Both the position numbers and the translations under genes were made by a program. From NCBI GenBank assembly GCA_030141605.1, contig JAQGDQ010001345.1:1-45823 (forward strand): a stretch of 45,823 nucleotides of DNA. Reading direction: 5' to 3'. Shown here piece after piece: positions 11,726 to 23,489 of the stretch (position 1 is its first letter; each line of letters opens with the position of its first letter). Under the pieces are notes generated by a model. That model was not told the origin of the DNA, did no database searches, and worked only from the letters and a program-made list of their open reading frames with translations. This DNA is from Tubiluchus corallicola. Its lineage: Eukaryota; Animalia; Priapulida.

Positions 11726-12416
11726 TGAACAGAACAGTATCTAATTTGTAATCATTTAGTTATGTCTGTGTTCATACAGTAGCAGAAAAGTCATGGGTCT
11801 TATAAGACCCATTTTGAATGGTGTGGTCCTGAAGGAGTTAAGAAAAAAGCCCTCATAGTTCCAAGTAACTGATATCGCACAAAGGGACAGGATATGTGAT
11901 GAGTTTTTAAGTAAAAACACCCTTTTCTGGAACCGCATCCGCCGCCAATAGCCATTACCGAAAGCGAAAGACACTGTCAACGCTCCGCAATAAATAACGA
12001 AACAGGCTAAAAGCCAAAATCGCTCTAACTGCGGATTAATACACAACAGTACAAAAATATTTCATTTATATAATTTGAGCTTAATACATATTTAGATTTC
12101 GCACAAAAAGGTTTAAACACTTCATCATTGATCCTTAGAAATAAATGTATTTGGGGCATTGTTGCGAGCAGGGAGTTCTGGCATAGGGAGGTGAGCAGAA
12201 TCATGTCCCTGGACAGGTGATTCATTGGATGATGATGATGTTGATGAATTGTTGATGACTTTGACTTACAATTGTTTACAATTGACAACGTGGGGAGCAA
12301 ACCACAAAACGTTTTGTTTGTTTAATAAAAGTACTAAATTTCATCAGTGATGCCAGCTTTTATAGCAGCAAAATGTCACAAGACAACAATGATCTTTAAC
12401 CTTTATTTTTACTTAC

Positions 12417-13623
12417 AGCGAGTGAAGCTTGTGCAGAGGCACCAATTCGAAGAATTGCTTTTGGTTGAATCTTGAAGATCACATTCGAGCTTCCCTGGCA
12501 TATAAAGTTGACCCGAAATTGCGGTTTGATTTGTGCTCCAATGTCAATACTTGCCACCCAGATGTTGATCTTCCATATTGGAATGTGGAAGTTACGTTCA
12601 TAAACCCAGTACTTGGTGTCACAAGCTGTGCTCTTGCTGTCTAACAATGTCTTGCCAGCTATTACCATGTACCGTTTCTGTGTTATTGAACTAGAGGCTT
12701 TGATTCGATATCCAAGAACTGTGCCAATATCAAAAGACTTACTGAAGATTTTACCTTTGCCAACCATTTTCGTGTACAACTTGTAGCCACTAGAACTTGA
12801 TTTTCCAGCAAATATGCCTCCATACATTTTCATGTGGGCTTTGGAGACCCCAATGTACTTGTAAGCTAAGCAATGTCGTCTTCGGTTATAGTTGCTCTTG
12901 TCTTGATTGAACGCAGACTGAGATTGCAGAACGTTGTAGTAAATGGAATGTCCCCATGATGAGCACGAAGAATGCGTCCATGCTCGTTTCTGACGTCTAT
13001 GTTCATTATGAGTCCCATTTCCATATAACACATCTTCAGTGTCCTCATCGTCGTCGTCATCATCATCAAAATATTCTTCTACTTCGAAGTCCTCGAGGAA
13101 CTTGCGTACAACATCATCAGCAACTTCACTGTCCTTTAGATCCATGTATCTGTACATGTCCTCGAGCACACAAACATAGTCATCTGTCATGTTTTGCATT
13201 TGTGCTGCTATAAACTCGTCAAGGTCGTTAAAGCCTATAAGTGGCCATTTGGCATCCATGTCTTTTGATTGGACATCTTCCTTTATCCGGTAGATCATAT
13301 CAATGAGTGTGGTGACTACAGCAGAACTTGTGTCACAGTCATAGTTGCCTTCCAGTAAGTCGAGGTACCAATCTTGGACAATTGGCAATGTGGACACATC
13401 ACGAAGGGCGTACACTGCAGCTTGAGTGATGGATTCCTGCTCAGGACAGACATCTCCAACTGAGACAACATTGACCAGCAAGTCTTCGTAATTAAACAAT
13501 GTGTCTCCTAGGTTACCAATGGAGTGTAAAACGTCCAAGAGATTGTCGACAGCTTCTTCAGAGCAATCGACTTCTCCATTGTCATCAGGCATTGTTGCCA
13601 AAGACAGCTGTTCCTCGAAGAAA
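12417..13623 (-). CDS. Gene B exon 11 (end of helical domain, acidic segment, RRQKR site, start of cationic domain)
   Basis: Overlaps the 401-aa ORF. tttttag acceptor (phase 2) and GCT/gtaagt donor. LHSIGNLG and AAVYALR resemble the vitellogenin/MTP helical motifs LKALGNxG and AAIxALR. Confidence 0.92.
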
Positions 13624-13779
13624 CTAAAAAATGGGAGAAAAAATGTTTATTCTCTTCGACACGTCGCTAAATCTACAATTGTAAAAAAATGATGCAGCTA
13701 AACATCTCATAATAACCAAATCAATACTATAGGCCTCGTAGCAAAGACGAAATTATAAAAGGATCAGTTAAGCTAGACT

Positions 13780-14308
13780 CAGTGGCGGCTCGTGTACTGA
13801 TACCGTGAAACTACAGCACCCCCTGCTTTCACTCAGTATTGTAGATAATATTCAATATAAAAGTCTTTTTCTTTAGTTCTTTTTTATACTTGTGCAGAAC
13901 TGAAGCACGTGAGGGAATTACAATTTGCTTCACAGCCCAAGCAACGTGGCGTTCGGCTGTTGTGCGCATGCGGCCATCAGTAACAATTGTCACGTGCTTA
14001 CCGTGTACCGTCATATTCTTGCATGTGATAAAGCGTAAACTTATCCTGTGTGCTTAAAATATAAATTATTTAATAATGGACGCCTTGCATCCCCAAGAAA
14101 TAAGTTCTGTGACTGTAAGTGAACTACAACAGCTTAATTTTCTCCATGAGAAAGTTGCAGTTAAGAAAAGTGGCCGTTCAACACTTGATCTTCAAATATA
14201 ATTACAACATTAAAATTACATGTTTGTTACCATTTACACAGTATTTAAACAATGGCTAAAACTCTTTCGAAGCAGCACCCTACTAGTTTTAGCTACGAGC
14301 CGCCATTA
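13780..14308. mobile_element. hAT-like MITE
   Basis: TIRs cagtggcggctcgt ... acgagccgccatta; no clear TSD. Confidence 0.6.
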
Positions 14309-14340
14309 GCAATAGGACAGCCCAGCATCATAATAATCTA

Positions 14341-14600
14341 TATATATATATATATATATTTAAAGTTGGCTTTTGGGTCAACAATTAACATTAGCTCAAA
14401 GAGCTATTACCGCCGACTGTAAATAACAATCTACAACTACATAACAGAGACTATTATCACCCCACTTTTGCCCTAAATATCACGCGTCAGGCAGGGCAAA
14501 GCAGGTACCATTTTTAAAGTCTTTTTTATGACCCGGCCGCTGGTTCGAACTCACGACCTCCCAGACGGAAAGCAGACGCATTACCACTGGGCTAAACCAT
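14341..14600 (-). mobile_element. tRNA-derived SINE (V-SINE-like core)
   Basis: Minus strand has A box TAGCCCAGTGG and B box GTTCGAACC, then aaagactttaaaaatggtacctgc and a (TA)n tail. Related copy at 36010-36206. Confidence 0.7.
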
Positions 14601-14890
14601 CTGGTCGACTAACTCGCTATTTGCTGAGGTCCGCCAGTGGCTTGGTAAGTCTTCTATTTTCCAAACTTGCTCTTGCTAGCAGCCATTGTTGCTAGACTTC
14701 TGTGATCCTAACACTTTTAGAACAATGCCCACTGATGCAGACTTGAAATTTCATAACGAACAGTGGTTTACATGGCAACAGCATCTTAAATCACATGTAA
14801 CATCAATCCAAAGATGCCATGGGAGACTAACCCGATTGTAAATAACCCGATAGTCAGACTGGTTATAAATGATGAATTAAACTGTCCTAC

Positions 14891-15210
14891 CTTGCTGTAA
14901 CGTCCTTAATGCTGTCACTGATGGTACTTCTACTTGCAATAGTGGCAAGATTTAGCATGAGTTGTGGTTTCAAAGTTTCACTTGGGATCTGTAACAACCT
15001 CTTAAGGAAGAATGCTACATTATCTGATGGTTTTTCCAAGCCTCCAAGTAAATTCAACAGTTGGACTCGCTGATCTTCTGTAAATCTGCTAACAATGGGG
15101 TCAATTGCTTCCATGAAGAGTCTTTCTGCTGGGCGACCACCTCCAAAAGAGAGCAAAGTGTAAAGTTGCTGACACAAGTCCCATGATTTACTGCATTCAT
15201 CTGCATTAAT
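14891..15210 (-). CDS. Gene B exon 10 (alpha-helical region)
   Basis: tttacag acceptor and AG/gtagga donor; 320 nt. Reads INADECSKSWDLCQQLYTLLSF...IKDVTA. Confidence 0.9.
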
Positions 15211-15218
15211 CTGTAAAT

Positions 15219-15808
15219 TTAAAGGAAGACAGGATGATTTTTCATATACTACCCCATTTTCAAATCCGATAAAAAGTATACAACTTAACACAATTAATAC
15301 TGCAAAAGCCTCTCTGATAATTAACTAATAGATTGCAAACTTGAATAACGGCGAGCGAGGCCAAGTATTGATGACATCACAAACTAACATAATTTTCAAC
15401 TGCAAAAATGGTCCATGAGCGAGTTGTGAAAGCAAAAATTGACAGTGTGTTGTACTAAAACTAGGCAAGTTTTAAGATAAAAATTCAAATTTCAAATTTA
15501 CTGCTGTGCTTACGCTTGAGCTATCGAACGTGTGTAGTTCGTCCGAAACTAATACATCTGAACTGAGAGGTACAGCACCTGTTTTTGTGCAATGCATTTC
15601 TGAAATGCAGGCGCTAGTGCCCATCTAACTAGTGAACGGCGAAATGCATGTAACAGCGAAGAACTAGTGGCGTGAACGTGAAATTATGCTTGTGTGGTAA
15701 TAATTCTTTCACAAGTCATTCTTTTAAAAATAGTATGTTTCCTTTCAATATTTTAAAGAGTAGATTATTTCGACCTACAGTTTAAGATTGGCTCCGGTTT
15801 TGCTTTAA
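15219..15808. mobile_element. MITE family 3, full-length (TTAA-flanked, Kolobok-like)
   Basis: ttaa|aggaagacagga ... tccggttttgct|ttaa. Confidence 0.8.
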
Positions 15809-16119
15809 CCACAAGAAATTAAGTTTCCACAAAACTTATTGCCAAAGGAACTAATTCAGCCTGAACTCTTGTCGCTGATCAAGGTTTTAATTGTAATTAG
15901 AATGCGAATTATATAAGCAATTTAGCTTTCGAATAAAAATACAGTAATACAAGTGTCCAAAACATCTGGATTTCAACACTTCGCTACTAATTCACACAAA
16001 CTAAATATCATCTAACACGAAAAAACATCGAAATCCCCATCAAATCCAAATTTAAGTAATAAACCGCTGCCAAATTGCCTCTGAAATGATGGGATTTACA
16101 GTTTAAAGATTCAGCTTAC

Positions 16120-16217
16120 ATTATTGACAAATTGTGCAACACTCGTCACAAGAGAAGATGGATGTTCATGCAATCCAAGATCATTTTCCAGACGCACAGC
16201 ATCTTTCAATGATTGTA
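16120..16217 (-). CDS. Gene B exon 9
   Basis: ttttgtag acceptor and gtaagc donor; 98 nt, phases 1/0. Reads (L)QSLKDAVRLENDLGLHEHPSSLVTSVAQFVNN. Confidence 0.85.
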
Positions 16218-16816
16218 CTACAAAACAAAGTACAAAAGTCAGTTATTACACAGCCAATGACAAAACGTAGCTTAGTAAATTTCAGAAATTTATTTGTTAT
16301 TTAGCAAAAACAAACACCTATTGTGTGCTTGTGCCAAATTACCGGAACGGTGCTGCCACCTGTTTGTTGATTTAGTAGGTATTTAGTCTACTACAGTAGT
16401 CGCTCTTGAAGCGTCTAATATCCTTCAATACATTAGCATTTTGGCCTTTCGTGAGCTATAGTAGCTGTAGTAGTTCCATGACATTTTACCCGTCTTTTAG
16501 TTCTCTCCGCCATTGCTCTATTTTTCTGACTATGATGAGCAATATGACTGTGAATTTCTTACGAATTTATTGTTGTGACATCGTTGTTCTTAAGGCTACT
16601 TGGAGTTCTCATTCCTGTCTTTGTAACTGTTAAAGGCTCTAACAACGTAAGTTATTAGTAATTAATTTCAATATAGTCTATATAATTTTTATATCACTAC
16701 TTAGTTATAGCAATACATTTAATCATGCAATGAATGAATAATCGTACTTCAGAATGAAGAAACTTTTGCTCAACATGTTAAACTGGTGTTTTGTATCCAT
16801 TTCATACACGACTTAC

Positions 16817-16995
16817 ATGAATCAATGTCTCTCGTTTGCAAAAACGTTTTTAGTATTTCGAAGACATCATCAGTTGTTTCTTTCAAGTATTCCAGTCTTT
16901 TCTTTTTAGTTGAATCTTTATCATGTTTTGCTTCTATTCCCCCAGGAAAGTATTCCAGTTCATTATCTACATAAGTCTTGTGGTATTCGGCTGAT
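16817..16995 (-). CDS. Gene B exon 8
   Basis: tttcag acceptor and gtaagt donor; 179 nt, phases 2/1. Reads SAEYHKTYVDNELEYFPGG...TFLQTRDIDS. Confidence 0.88.
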
Positions 16996-17043
16996 CTGAA
17001 ATAAAAAAATTTTTATCACTCACTTTAATAACCCAGAATATTT

Positions 17044-17450
17044 TTAAAGGAAAAGTCAAGCTTTCTAGAACGCTTGGCATATTTCAATATTCACGAAAAA
17101 TGTTAGAAGGATTTAGTAATAAAAGTGTGATAAGCATCTCCTGTAACTAGTAAAATGACTTTAAAGTTGCATTCACTTCATGCTTGGGTGCTCCCATTTT
17201 GAACTCCCATTCTTCTTCCAATGACGTCATTTGTCTTAAAGAAAAGTAGCAGTTTATGCAATGGTAGCATGTTTTCTGCACGTCAAGTACGTTTGCGCCA
17301 GCGAAGATTGCCATAAGACGCTGATGTGATGTCACGAAAATGAGCTCTACGTCACATTGACGTCAGAGACGAAGACTGCAGTTCACGATCTTGCTTAGCA
17401 CGGTACCACGCCTATTTTTCGGCCACGCGAATGTGACAAAAAGGCAGCAC
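17044..17450. mobile_element. Chimeric MITE remnant (family 2 left end joined to inverted family 1 interior)
   Basis: 17044-17250 matches the start of 20219-20781; 17255-17450 matches the reverse complement of about 1790-1985. Confidence 0.65.
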
Positions 17451-17573
17451 CTTCTTCTTTAATATTACCTTCTAAATTAAAAATCATGTCAACACAGTTT
17501 AACTATTTAAATTTACAAGTAAAAATACAATCATAACAGAAACTTTAAGGTAATGTAAAACCGAGTTACCAAC

Positions 17574-17763
17574 CTTTTTCTACGACTTTGTAGATTGAGT
17601 GAGTAAGTTGCCGTAGCTTGAAGATCTTCACCAATATCTGGATCTCCTTGTTGTAACAAGTAATCATTGTCGCCTGGTTCAGGTCTCTCCCCAACGGGAA
17701 TTTGCCTCTTTTTTCGTCTTTTTGCATTGTCGTCATCCAGAAAAACTGCACTTGCACTACCAA
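17574..17763 (-). CDS. Gene B exon 7
   Basis: attgtag acceptor and AG/gttggt donor; 190 nt, phases 1/2. Reads (V)GSASAVFLDDDNAKRRKKRQIPVGERPEPGD...LQSRRK(R). Confidence 0.88.
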
Positions 17764-17875
17764 CTACAATCAAATTACTTTTTTTACAGTAAATTACTGA
17801 GGAAGTATTGCCATTTGACATTGAAAACCAAGTAAACATGTGCAACCATACTCGTCGTGGTTCATATCCCAGTTT

Positions 17876-18850
17876 ATCATCATCATCGTCATCGTCCTCC
17901 TCGTCCTCGTCCTCGTCCTCCTCGTCCTCGTCCTCCTCGTCCTCGTCCTCCTCGTCCTCGTCCTCCTCCTCCTCGTCCTCGTCCTCCTCGTCATCGTCCT
18001 CCTCCTCCTCGTCATCCTCCTCGTCATCCTCCTCCTCGTCCTCCTCGTCATCGTCCTCCTCGTCATCGTCCTCGTACTCCTCCTCCTCCTCCTCCTCCTC
18101 GTCATCGTCCTCCTCGTCCTCGTCCTCCTCGTCATCGTCCTCCTCGTCCTCCTCGTCATCGTCCTCCTTGTCCTCGTCCTCCTCGTCCTCGTCCTCCTCG
18201 TCATCGTCCTCCTCGTCATCGTCCTCCTCGTCCTCGTCCTCCTCGTCCTCGTCCTCCTCGTCCTCGTCCTCCTCCTCCTCGTCCTTCTCCTCCTCGTCCT
18301 TCTCCTCCTCGTCCTCCTCGTCATCGTCCTCCTCGTCATCGTCCTCCTCGTCATCGTCCTCCTCGTCCTCGTCCTCCTCCTCCTCGTCATCGTCCTCGTC
18401 CTCCTCGTCATCGTCCTCCTCGTCATCGTCCTCGTACTCCTCCTCCTCGTCATCGTCATCGTCCTCCTCGTCCTCGTCCTCCTCGTCCTCCTCCTCCTCC
18501 TCCTCCTCGTCCTCCTCGTCATCGTCCTCCTCGTCATCGTCCTCCTCGTCCTCCTCCTTCTCCTCGTCCTCGTCCTCCTCCTCGTCCTCGTCCTCCTCGT
18601 CATCGTCCTCCTCGTCATCGTCCTCCTCGTCCTCGTCCTCCTCCTCCTCGTCCTTCTCCTCCTCGTCCTCCTCGTCATCGTCCTCCTCATCCTCCTCCTC
18701 CTCGTCATCGTCCTCGTCCTCCTCCTCGTCCTCCTCGTCATCGTCCTCCTCGTCCTCCTCCTCCTCGTCATCGTCCTCCTCGTCCTCGTCCTCCTCCTCC
18801 TCGTCATCGTCCTCCTCGTCCTCGTCATATCATCATCGTTATTATTATTA
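17876..18850. repeat. ~960-bp mixed trinucleotide repeat (TCC/TCG/TCA)n in intron 6 of gene B
   Basis: Direct reading; source of the low-complexity ORFs. Confidence 0.97.
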
Positions 18851-19293
18851 TTTTATTTCGTACAGATAATTTCGTCATTACATACAGATACAGCACACAT
18901 ATTCATAGATTCACAGACACAAAATATAACAATGGAACAGTTAGTATAAACATACACAAAAAGAAAGAAATTTGTTTGCATAAAATAAACAATTTTTAAA
19001 AATGACAATGATCGTACACAATCGTACGCAAAAATATCGTTAATTTTCACATATCTTTCACAGATAATCTTTTAAACACACATTAAAAGTATTAATCACT
19101 AGTTTTTTAACAATCATGTTACCAACCTGCCGGTTTTCAAGTTTAAAAATATAAACACTTTGTAGTGTGTTAATACAAAATTTTAGGAAAACATCCACTG
19201 TTCTTCAAACGGAAATCTTGCAACAACCGATAATATATTACACTGCTTTCTGTCTCAAGTTTGTTCAATTTTAACTCAAACATGTTTATTTAC

Positions 19294-19436
19294 CTGAACT
19301 GACAAGGATGCCGTCATTACTGAACGTTTCGCTTTCTCTTCCGCTCAGATCCACGTTTCCGCTTCCTGCGATTCTCAGAACATCTCCAGCATTGTAAGAT
19401 TTGGAGACGGTAGCACCCCTGGATGACTTCCGGTAG
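19294..19436 (-). CDS. Gene B exon 6
   Basis: ttgtag acceptor and CAG/gtaaat donor; 143 nt, phases 2/1. Reads (S)YRKSSRGATVSKSYNAGDVLRIAGSGNVDLSGRESETFSNDGILVSS. Confidence 0.88.
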
Positions 19437-19562
19437 CTACAACAAGATAAGTGAAATTAGCAGGTATTTGTAATAAGCGAGTAGGAATTAATTCACCACT
19501 TAGCTTACAGTATTGAGAATTTACACAGAGTACATATGAAACCGTTCAAAACCCCTTGCTCT

Positions 19563-19980
19563 TAAGGCGTGTTCAGACTGGCGAGTTTTCTTGCCAAGTA
19601 ACTCGTAAGAGTGTTCAGACAAGAGAGCAAAACTCGCTGTGAGTTACTCTCCGACAGTAAGCGCGAGCTGATACTCACTTCTCTACTCACTGTGAGAACT
19701 GTTGAGAGTAACTCGCCAAGTAACTTGTGTGTTCACACTAGAGAGCAAAACTTGCTACGAGTTACTCTCCGACAGTACGTGTGAGCTGACACTCACTTCT
19801 CTATTCACTGCGAGAATTGTTAAAAGTAACTTGCCGTGGTGTTCACACTAGACAGTAACTCACAGGAAATCAACTCGCAGCAGCTGTTCGAGAGTTTGCA
19901 AAAACTTGCCGAGAGTAACTCACGAAGTAACTCAGACTTGCGAGCTAGCTGTCAGAGAGAAAACTTGCAAGTGTAAACGA
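19563..19980. mobile_element. Probable MITE with internal direct repeats
   Basis: Ends gtgttcagactggcgagttt ... aaacttgcaagtgtaaac; internal ~120-bp duplication. Confidence 0.45.
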
Positions 19981-20037
19981 TACTGGTCTGTTGTAACTTT
20001 ACGTGAAAACATTACGTCATGAGATATAAATAGCTAC

Positions 20038-20159
20038 CTAAACGTGGCAATTTTTTCTCCGCTGACGTCAGTTGTAGATTTTTTGGCTGTGCTGCCAGAA
20101 CGAGGCTGTTGTAGGTCAGTTTGGAAACTTGATGCAACTGCTCGTTTCAAATTTAAGAT
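20038..20159 (-). CDS. Gene B exon 5 (LLT N-sheet signature)
   Basis: Reads ILNLKRAVASSFQTDL...TTDVSGEKIATF, matching the vitellogenin/apoB/MTP motifs LN(I/L)KRGxxSxxQ and ExDVSG. ttttcag acceptor and AG/gtagct donor. Confidence 0.92.
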
Positions 20160-20218
20160 CTGAAAATAATCACAGCATGTTAAACGTACTAGACCTAGCA
20201 AAAAACTTACTATTAGGT

Positions 20219-20781
20219 TTAAAGGAAAGGTCAAGTCATCTGGGAAGTTGGGCTTATTCCAATGTTCGCGAAAAATGTTAGAAGGATTTAGTAATAAAAC
20301 TGCAATAAACGTCTCGTGTAATTAGTAAAATAACTTTAAAGTCGCGATCACTTCACGCTTGGACGCTCTCATTTTCAATGCCCGTTCTTCTTCCAATGAC
20401 GTCATTCGTCTTGAAGAAAAGTAGCGCACTGTCAATCTTCACCAAAAGTTTAATAACTTTTTACAAAAAGATTATACAGCTAATTTTGTGATATTTTTGC
20501 CTGTCATTAGGCAAGCTGCAGAAGTTTGAATTAGTCTAACCAGAACGCGCTTACGAAATGGCACGACGCGTTACGGAAAGTCACGAAGTGTGCCAGTTAC
20601 GTCATGATTTTCAAGTGAACGGCGGCAACCACCACGCATGAAAATTTCTATTCAGAGGTAATATATTTTAAATTTCTGTTTTTTAGACAGTTTTTGCAAA
20701 TTTCTTTGTTATATTTTTCTAAGTTTAAGTGATAACAGTAAAATAAACTCAACTTACTGACTGACTTGTTCTTTCCTTTAA
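20219..20781. mobile_element. MITE family 2, full-length (TTAA-flanked, Kolobok-like)
   Basis: ttaa|aggaaaggtcaagtca ... tgacttgttctttcct|ttaa. Confidence 0.82.
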
Positions 20782-21134
20782 GTTACATTGACATAAATTT
20801 TACAGATGAAAATGGCTAGTTAAAATATTACTGATAAAAGCACAAAGAGCCAGGAGTACTTACATATGCCTATTAAAAGACAAGTGATTATTAGGACTTG
20901 AACATTTTGAACGTTTTTTTAAAAGTTTGCTAATTCGAGCACATATCAAAGGAGGCACCACAGACACACTCGGGGAGTTGATTCCAGAATCAACTTATTC
21001 TGTGTGAGGAAAAGTTTGTAAAGCTATCAAGTCTAAAATAAGGAGCATTTTGCCACGAGAAATGAAAAAATGTCACTCAAAATTATAAACTTGATAGTTG
21101 AGACACGTTTTCGTTTATTACCTCAAATTCACTC

Positions 21135-21697
21135 CTGCAGAACTTACCTCTTCACCAGTGCTTGTACTCGCAAACAGCACCTCCTTTATCACTCCCTCTG
21201 CACTCTGCAGAACTTACCTCTTCATCAGTGCTTGTACTCGCAAACAACACCTCCTTTATCACTCCCTCTGCACTCTGCAGAACTTACCTCTTCATCAGTG
21301 TCTGTGCTCGCAAACAGCACCTCCTTTATCACTCCCTCTGCACTCTGCAGAACTTACCTCTTCATCAGTGTCTGTGCTCGCAAACAGCACCTCCTTTATC
21401 ACTCCCTCTGCATTCTGCAGAACTTACCTCTTCATCAGTGTCTGTACTCGCAAACAGCACCTCCTTTATCACTCCCTCTGCACTCTGCAGAACTTACCTC
21501 TTCATCACTGTCTGTACTCGCAAACAGCGCCTCTTTTATCACTCCCTCTGCACTCTGCAGAACTTACCTCTTCATCAGTGCTTGTACTCACAAACAATAC
21601 CTCCTTTATCACTCCCTCTGCACTCTGCAGAACTTACCTCTTCATCAGTGTCTGTGCTCGCAAACAACACCTCCTTTATCACTCCTTCTGCACTCTG
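21135..21697 (-). repeat. 70-bp tandem array x8: 57 nt of the exon 4 end plus GTAAGTTCTGCAG
   Basis: aacttacctc recurs at 21141, 21211, 21281, 21351, 21421, 21491, 21561 and 21631. Confidence 0.95.
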
Positions 21698-21818
21698 AAC
21701 AAACCGGAATGGAATGGAGACGAGATCGTCTGCTGGATACTCCTCATCCACGGGATCACCAGGTTGCCATCCTGGAGGTGGATTGCGCTGTATTCCAAGA
21801 GGCGCTGCTCTCTTCTTC
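21638..21818 (-). CDS. Gene B exon 4
   Basis: tatacag acceptor and GAG/gtaagt donor; 181 nt, phases 2/0. Reads (R)KKRAAPLGIQRNPPPGWQPGDPVDEEYPADDLVSIPFRFVQSAEGVIKEVLFASTDTDEE. Confidence 0.9.
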
Positions 21819-22282
21819 CTGTATAATTGTTTAAAATTTTTACTTCATCTCAGGTAACTATGAGAATTTTTAGCATCACGGGTAACAAGGAAAAGATCTA
21901 CTTAATGAAAATTTAAGTAAAGAAGTACTTTATTTTATGCCAATTTTGGTCTTTTATCTCAACTGAACAACTTCCTAAATTAGAATTAATTAACAATAGC
22001 AAAAGAGCAAGTTCACTAACAAGGATCCTTTCAGTCACAGCTGTTTGCTGTTTGAGTTACAGGAATTTCCAAGTCACCAAAAAGTACTGTCGAATTATAA
22101 TTACAACAATTTTTATCTTATATAACAACTGCTGTATCAAGTTTCTCAAGTTTGAATCAGCTAAAAATGTGTTTCAGATAAGCAAAATACGAAAGTTAAA
22201 AAACGAAAAATATTCTACATAGAGGTTGTAAGTCACATTAAATGCCATCACTAGTTTAGATTTTCGCATACAATTTAAATGC

Positions 22283-22925
22283 TTAACCTTAACCTAAGCC
22301 CCTTCCTAACCCTAACCCGAACCTTAACCCTAACCGAAATGAATGTTCGTGAAAAATGTTAGAAGGATTTAGTAATAACAATGTTAGTAATAAAACTGCA
22401 AAAAGCGCCTCGTGTAATTAGCAAAATCACTTTAAAGTCGCGATCACTTCATGCTTGGATGCTCCCATTTTCAATGCCCATTCTTCTTCCAATGACGTCA
22501 TGCGCATTGAAGAAAAGTAGCGCACTGTCAATCTTTGTCGTTAGTATAATAAGTTTTTATTTTTATAATTAAATAGCTAATATTGTAATATTTTTGCATG
22601 AATATCAAGTAAGCTGCAGAAGTTTGAATGTGTATAAGCAGCACGCGTTCACGGAAAGCCACGATGCCTTACGAAAACTCACGAAGTCTGCTAGGTACGC
22701 CGAGTGAATGGAGGCAACCACCACGCATGAAAATTTCTACTCAGAGGTAGTACATTTTAAATTTATGCTTTACAGACAGTTTTTTTGCAAATGTCTTTGT
22801 TATGTTTTTCTAAGTTTAAGTGATAACAGTAAAATAAACCCAACATATTGACTTGTTCTTTCCTTTAACCCTAATCAACTTCACGAACTAATTTCTTAAG
22901 TGTGGTGAACTATAAGCTTTAGCCC
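22283..22925 (-). mobile_element. (CCCTAA)n-core element interrupted by a family 2 MITE (22342-22868)
   Basis: cctaaccctaac tract at 22283-22335 resumes at 22865. The flank matches 661-724 in reverse, and the interior is colinear with 20260-20781. Confidence 0.7.
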
Positions 22926-22958
22926 AAATGATTCATAAAATAAATGACATTTTGTCAC

Positions 22959-23154
22959 CTTTGGCCAGAAAAGGGCACAAAACTGTTACGAGCAGAAAAG
23001 GTTGCAGTCGCTCTAGCATCATCAATGTCGTCCAAGTCGACATTGTTGCTGCTGAACTCCGTTCTCCTTGATGGTTCGTTGAGCGGCGTGACTTTTAGAT
23101 GGTCAATGGTGGCGCTGTACAGTAGCGCATCATTGCCATACTGAATTCCTGCAG
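22959..23154 (-). CDS. Gene B exon 3
   Basis: ttttcag acceptor; AG/gtgaca donor conserved with the paralog; 196 nt, phases 1/2. Confidence 0.92.
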
Positions 23155-23368
23155 CTGAAAAGTAATACTCAGTAATAATATTGTGTCTAAACAAAATAAG
23201 ATTGTGTCTCTTGCTTATTCGTTGTGTCTCCAAGTATCTATGACTTCTTCTGCAGTGTAAATCTTATATTTTAGACAAATCCCCCAATGTTGTTGATGAT
23301 GATAAATTTTTATATAAATATGTTATTTTTATATAAATATGTTATATGTATATGTACAAGTAGAGTCC

Positions 23369-23468
<100 letters not shown>

Positions 23469-23489
23469 ATCCAAGGCCTCTATTTGCAA

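Noticed and set aside
14520-14600. tRNA gene
   Set aside because: Has A and B boxes, but no complete cloverleaf, and it continues into a SINE body
16400-16640. Possible extra exon in intron 8
   Set aside because: Exons 8 and 9 already join in phase, and I found no convincing splice pair
17794-18999. 340-380-aa poly-Ser, Pro/Arg, Leu/Val and Thr/Arg ORFs
   Set aside because: Stop-free frames of a trinucleotide repeat inside an intron
21070-21834. Three plus-strand repetitive ORFs
   Set aside because: Antisense shadows of the 70-bp array and exon 4
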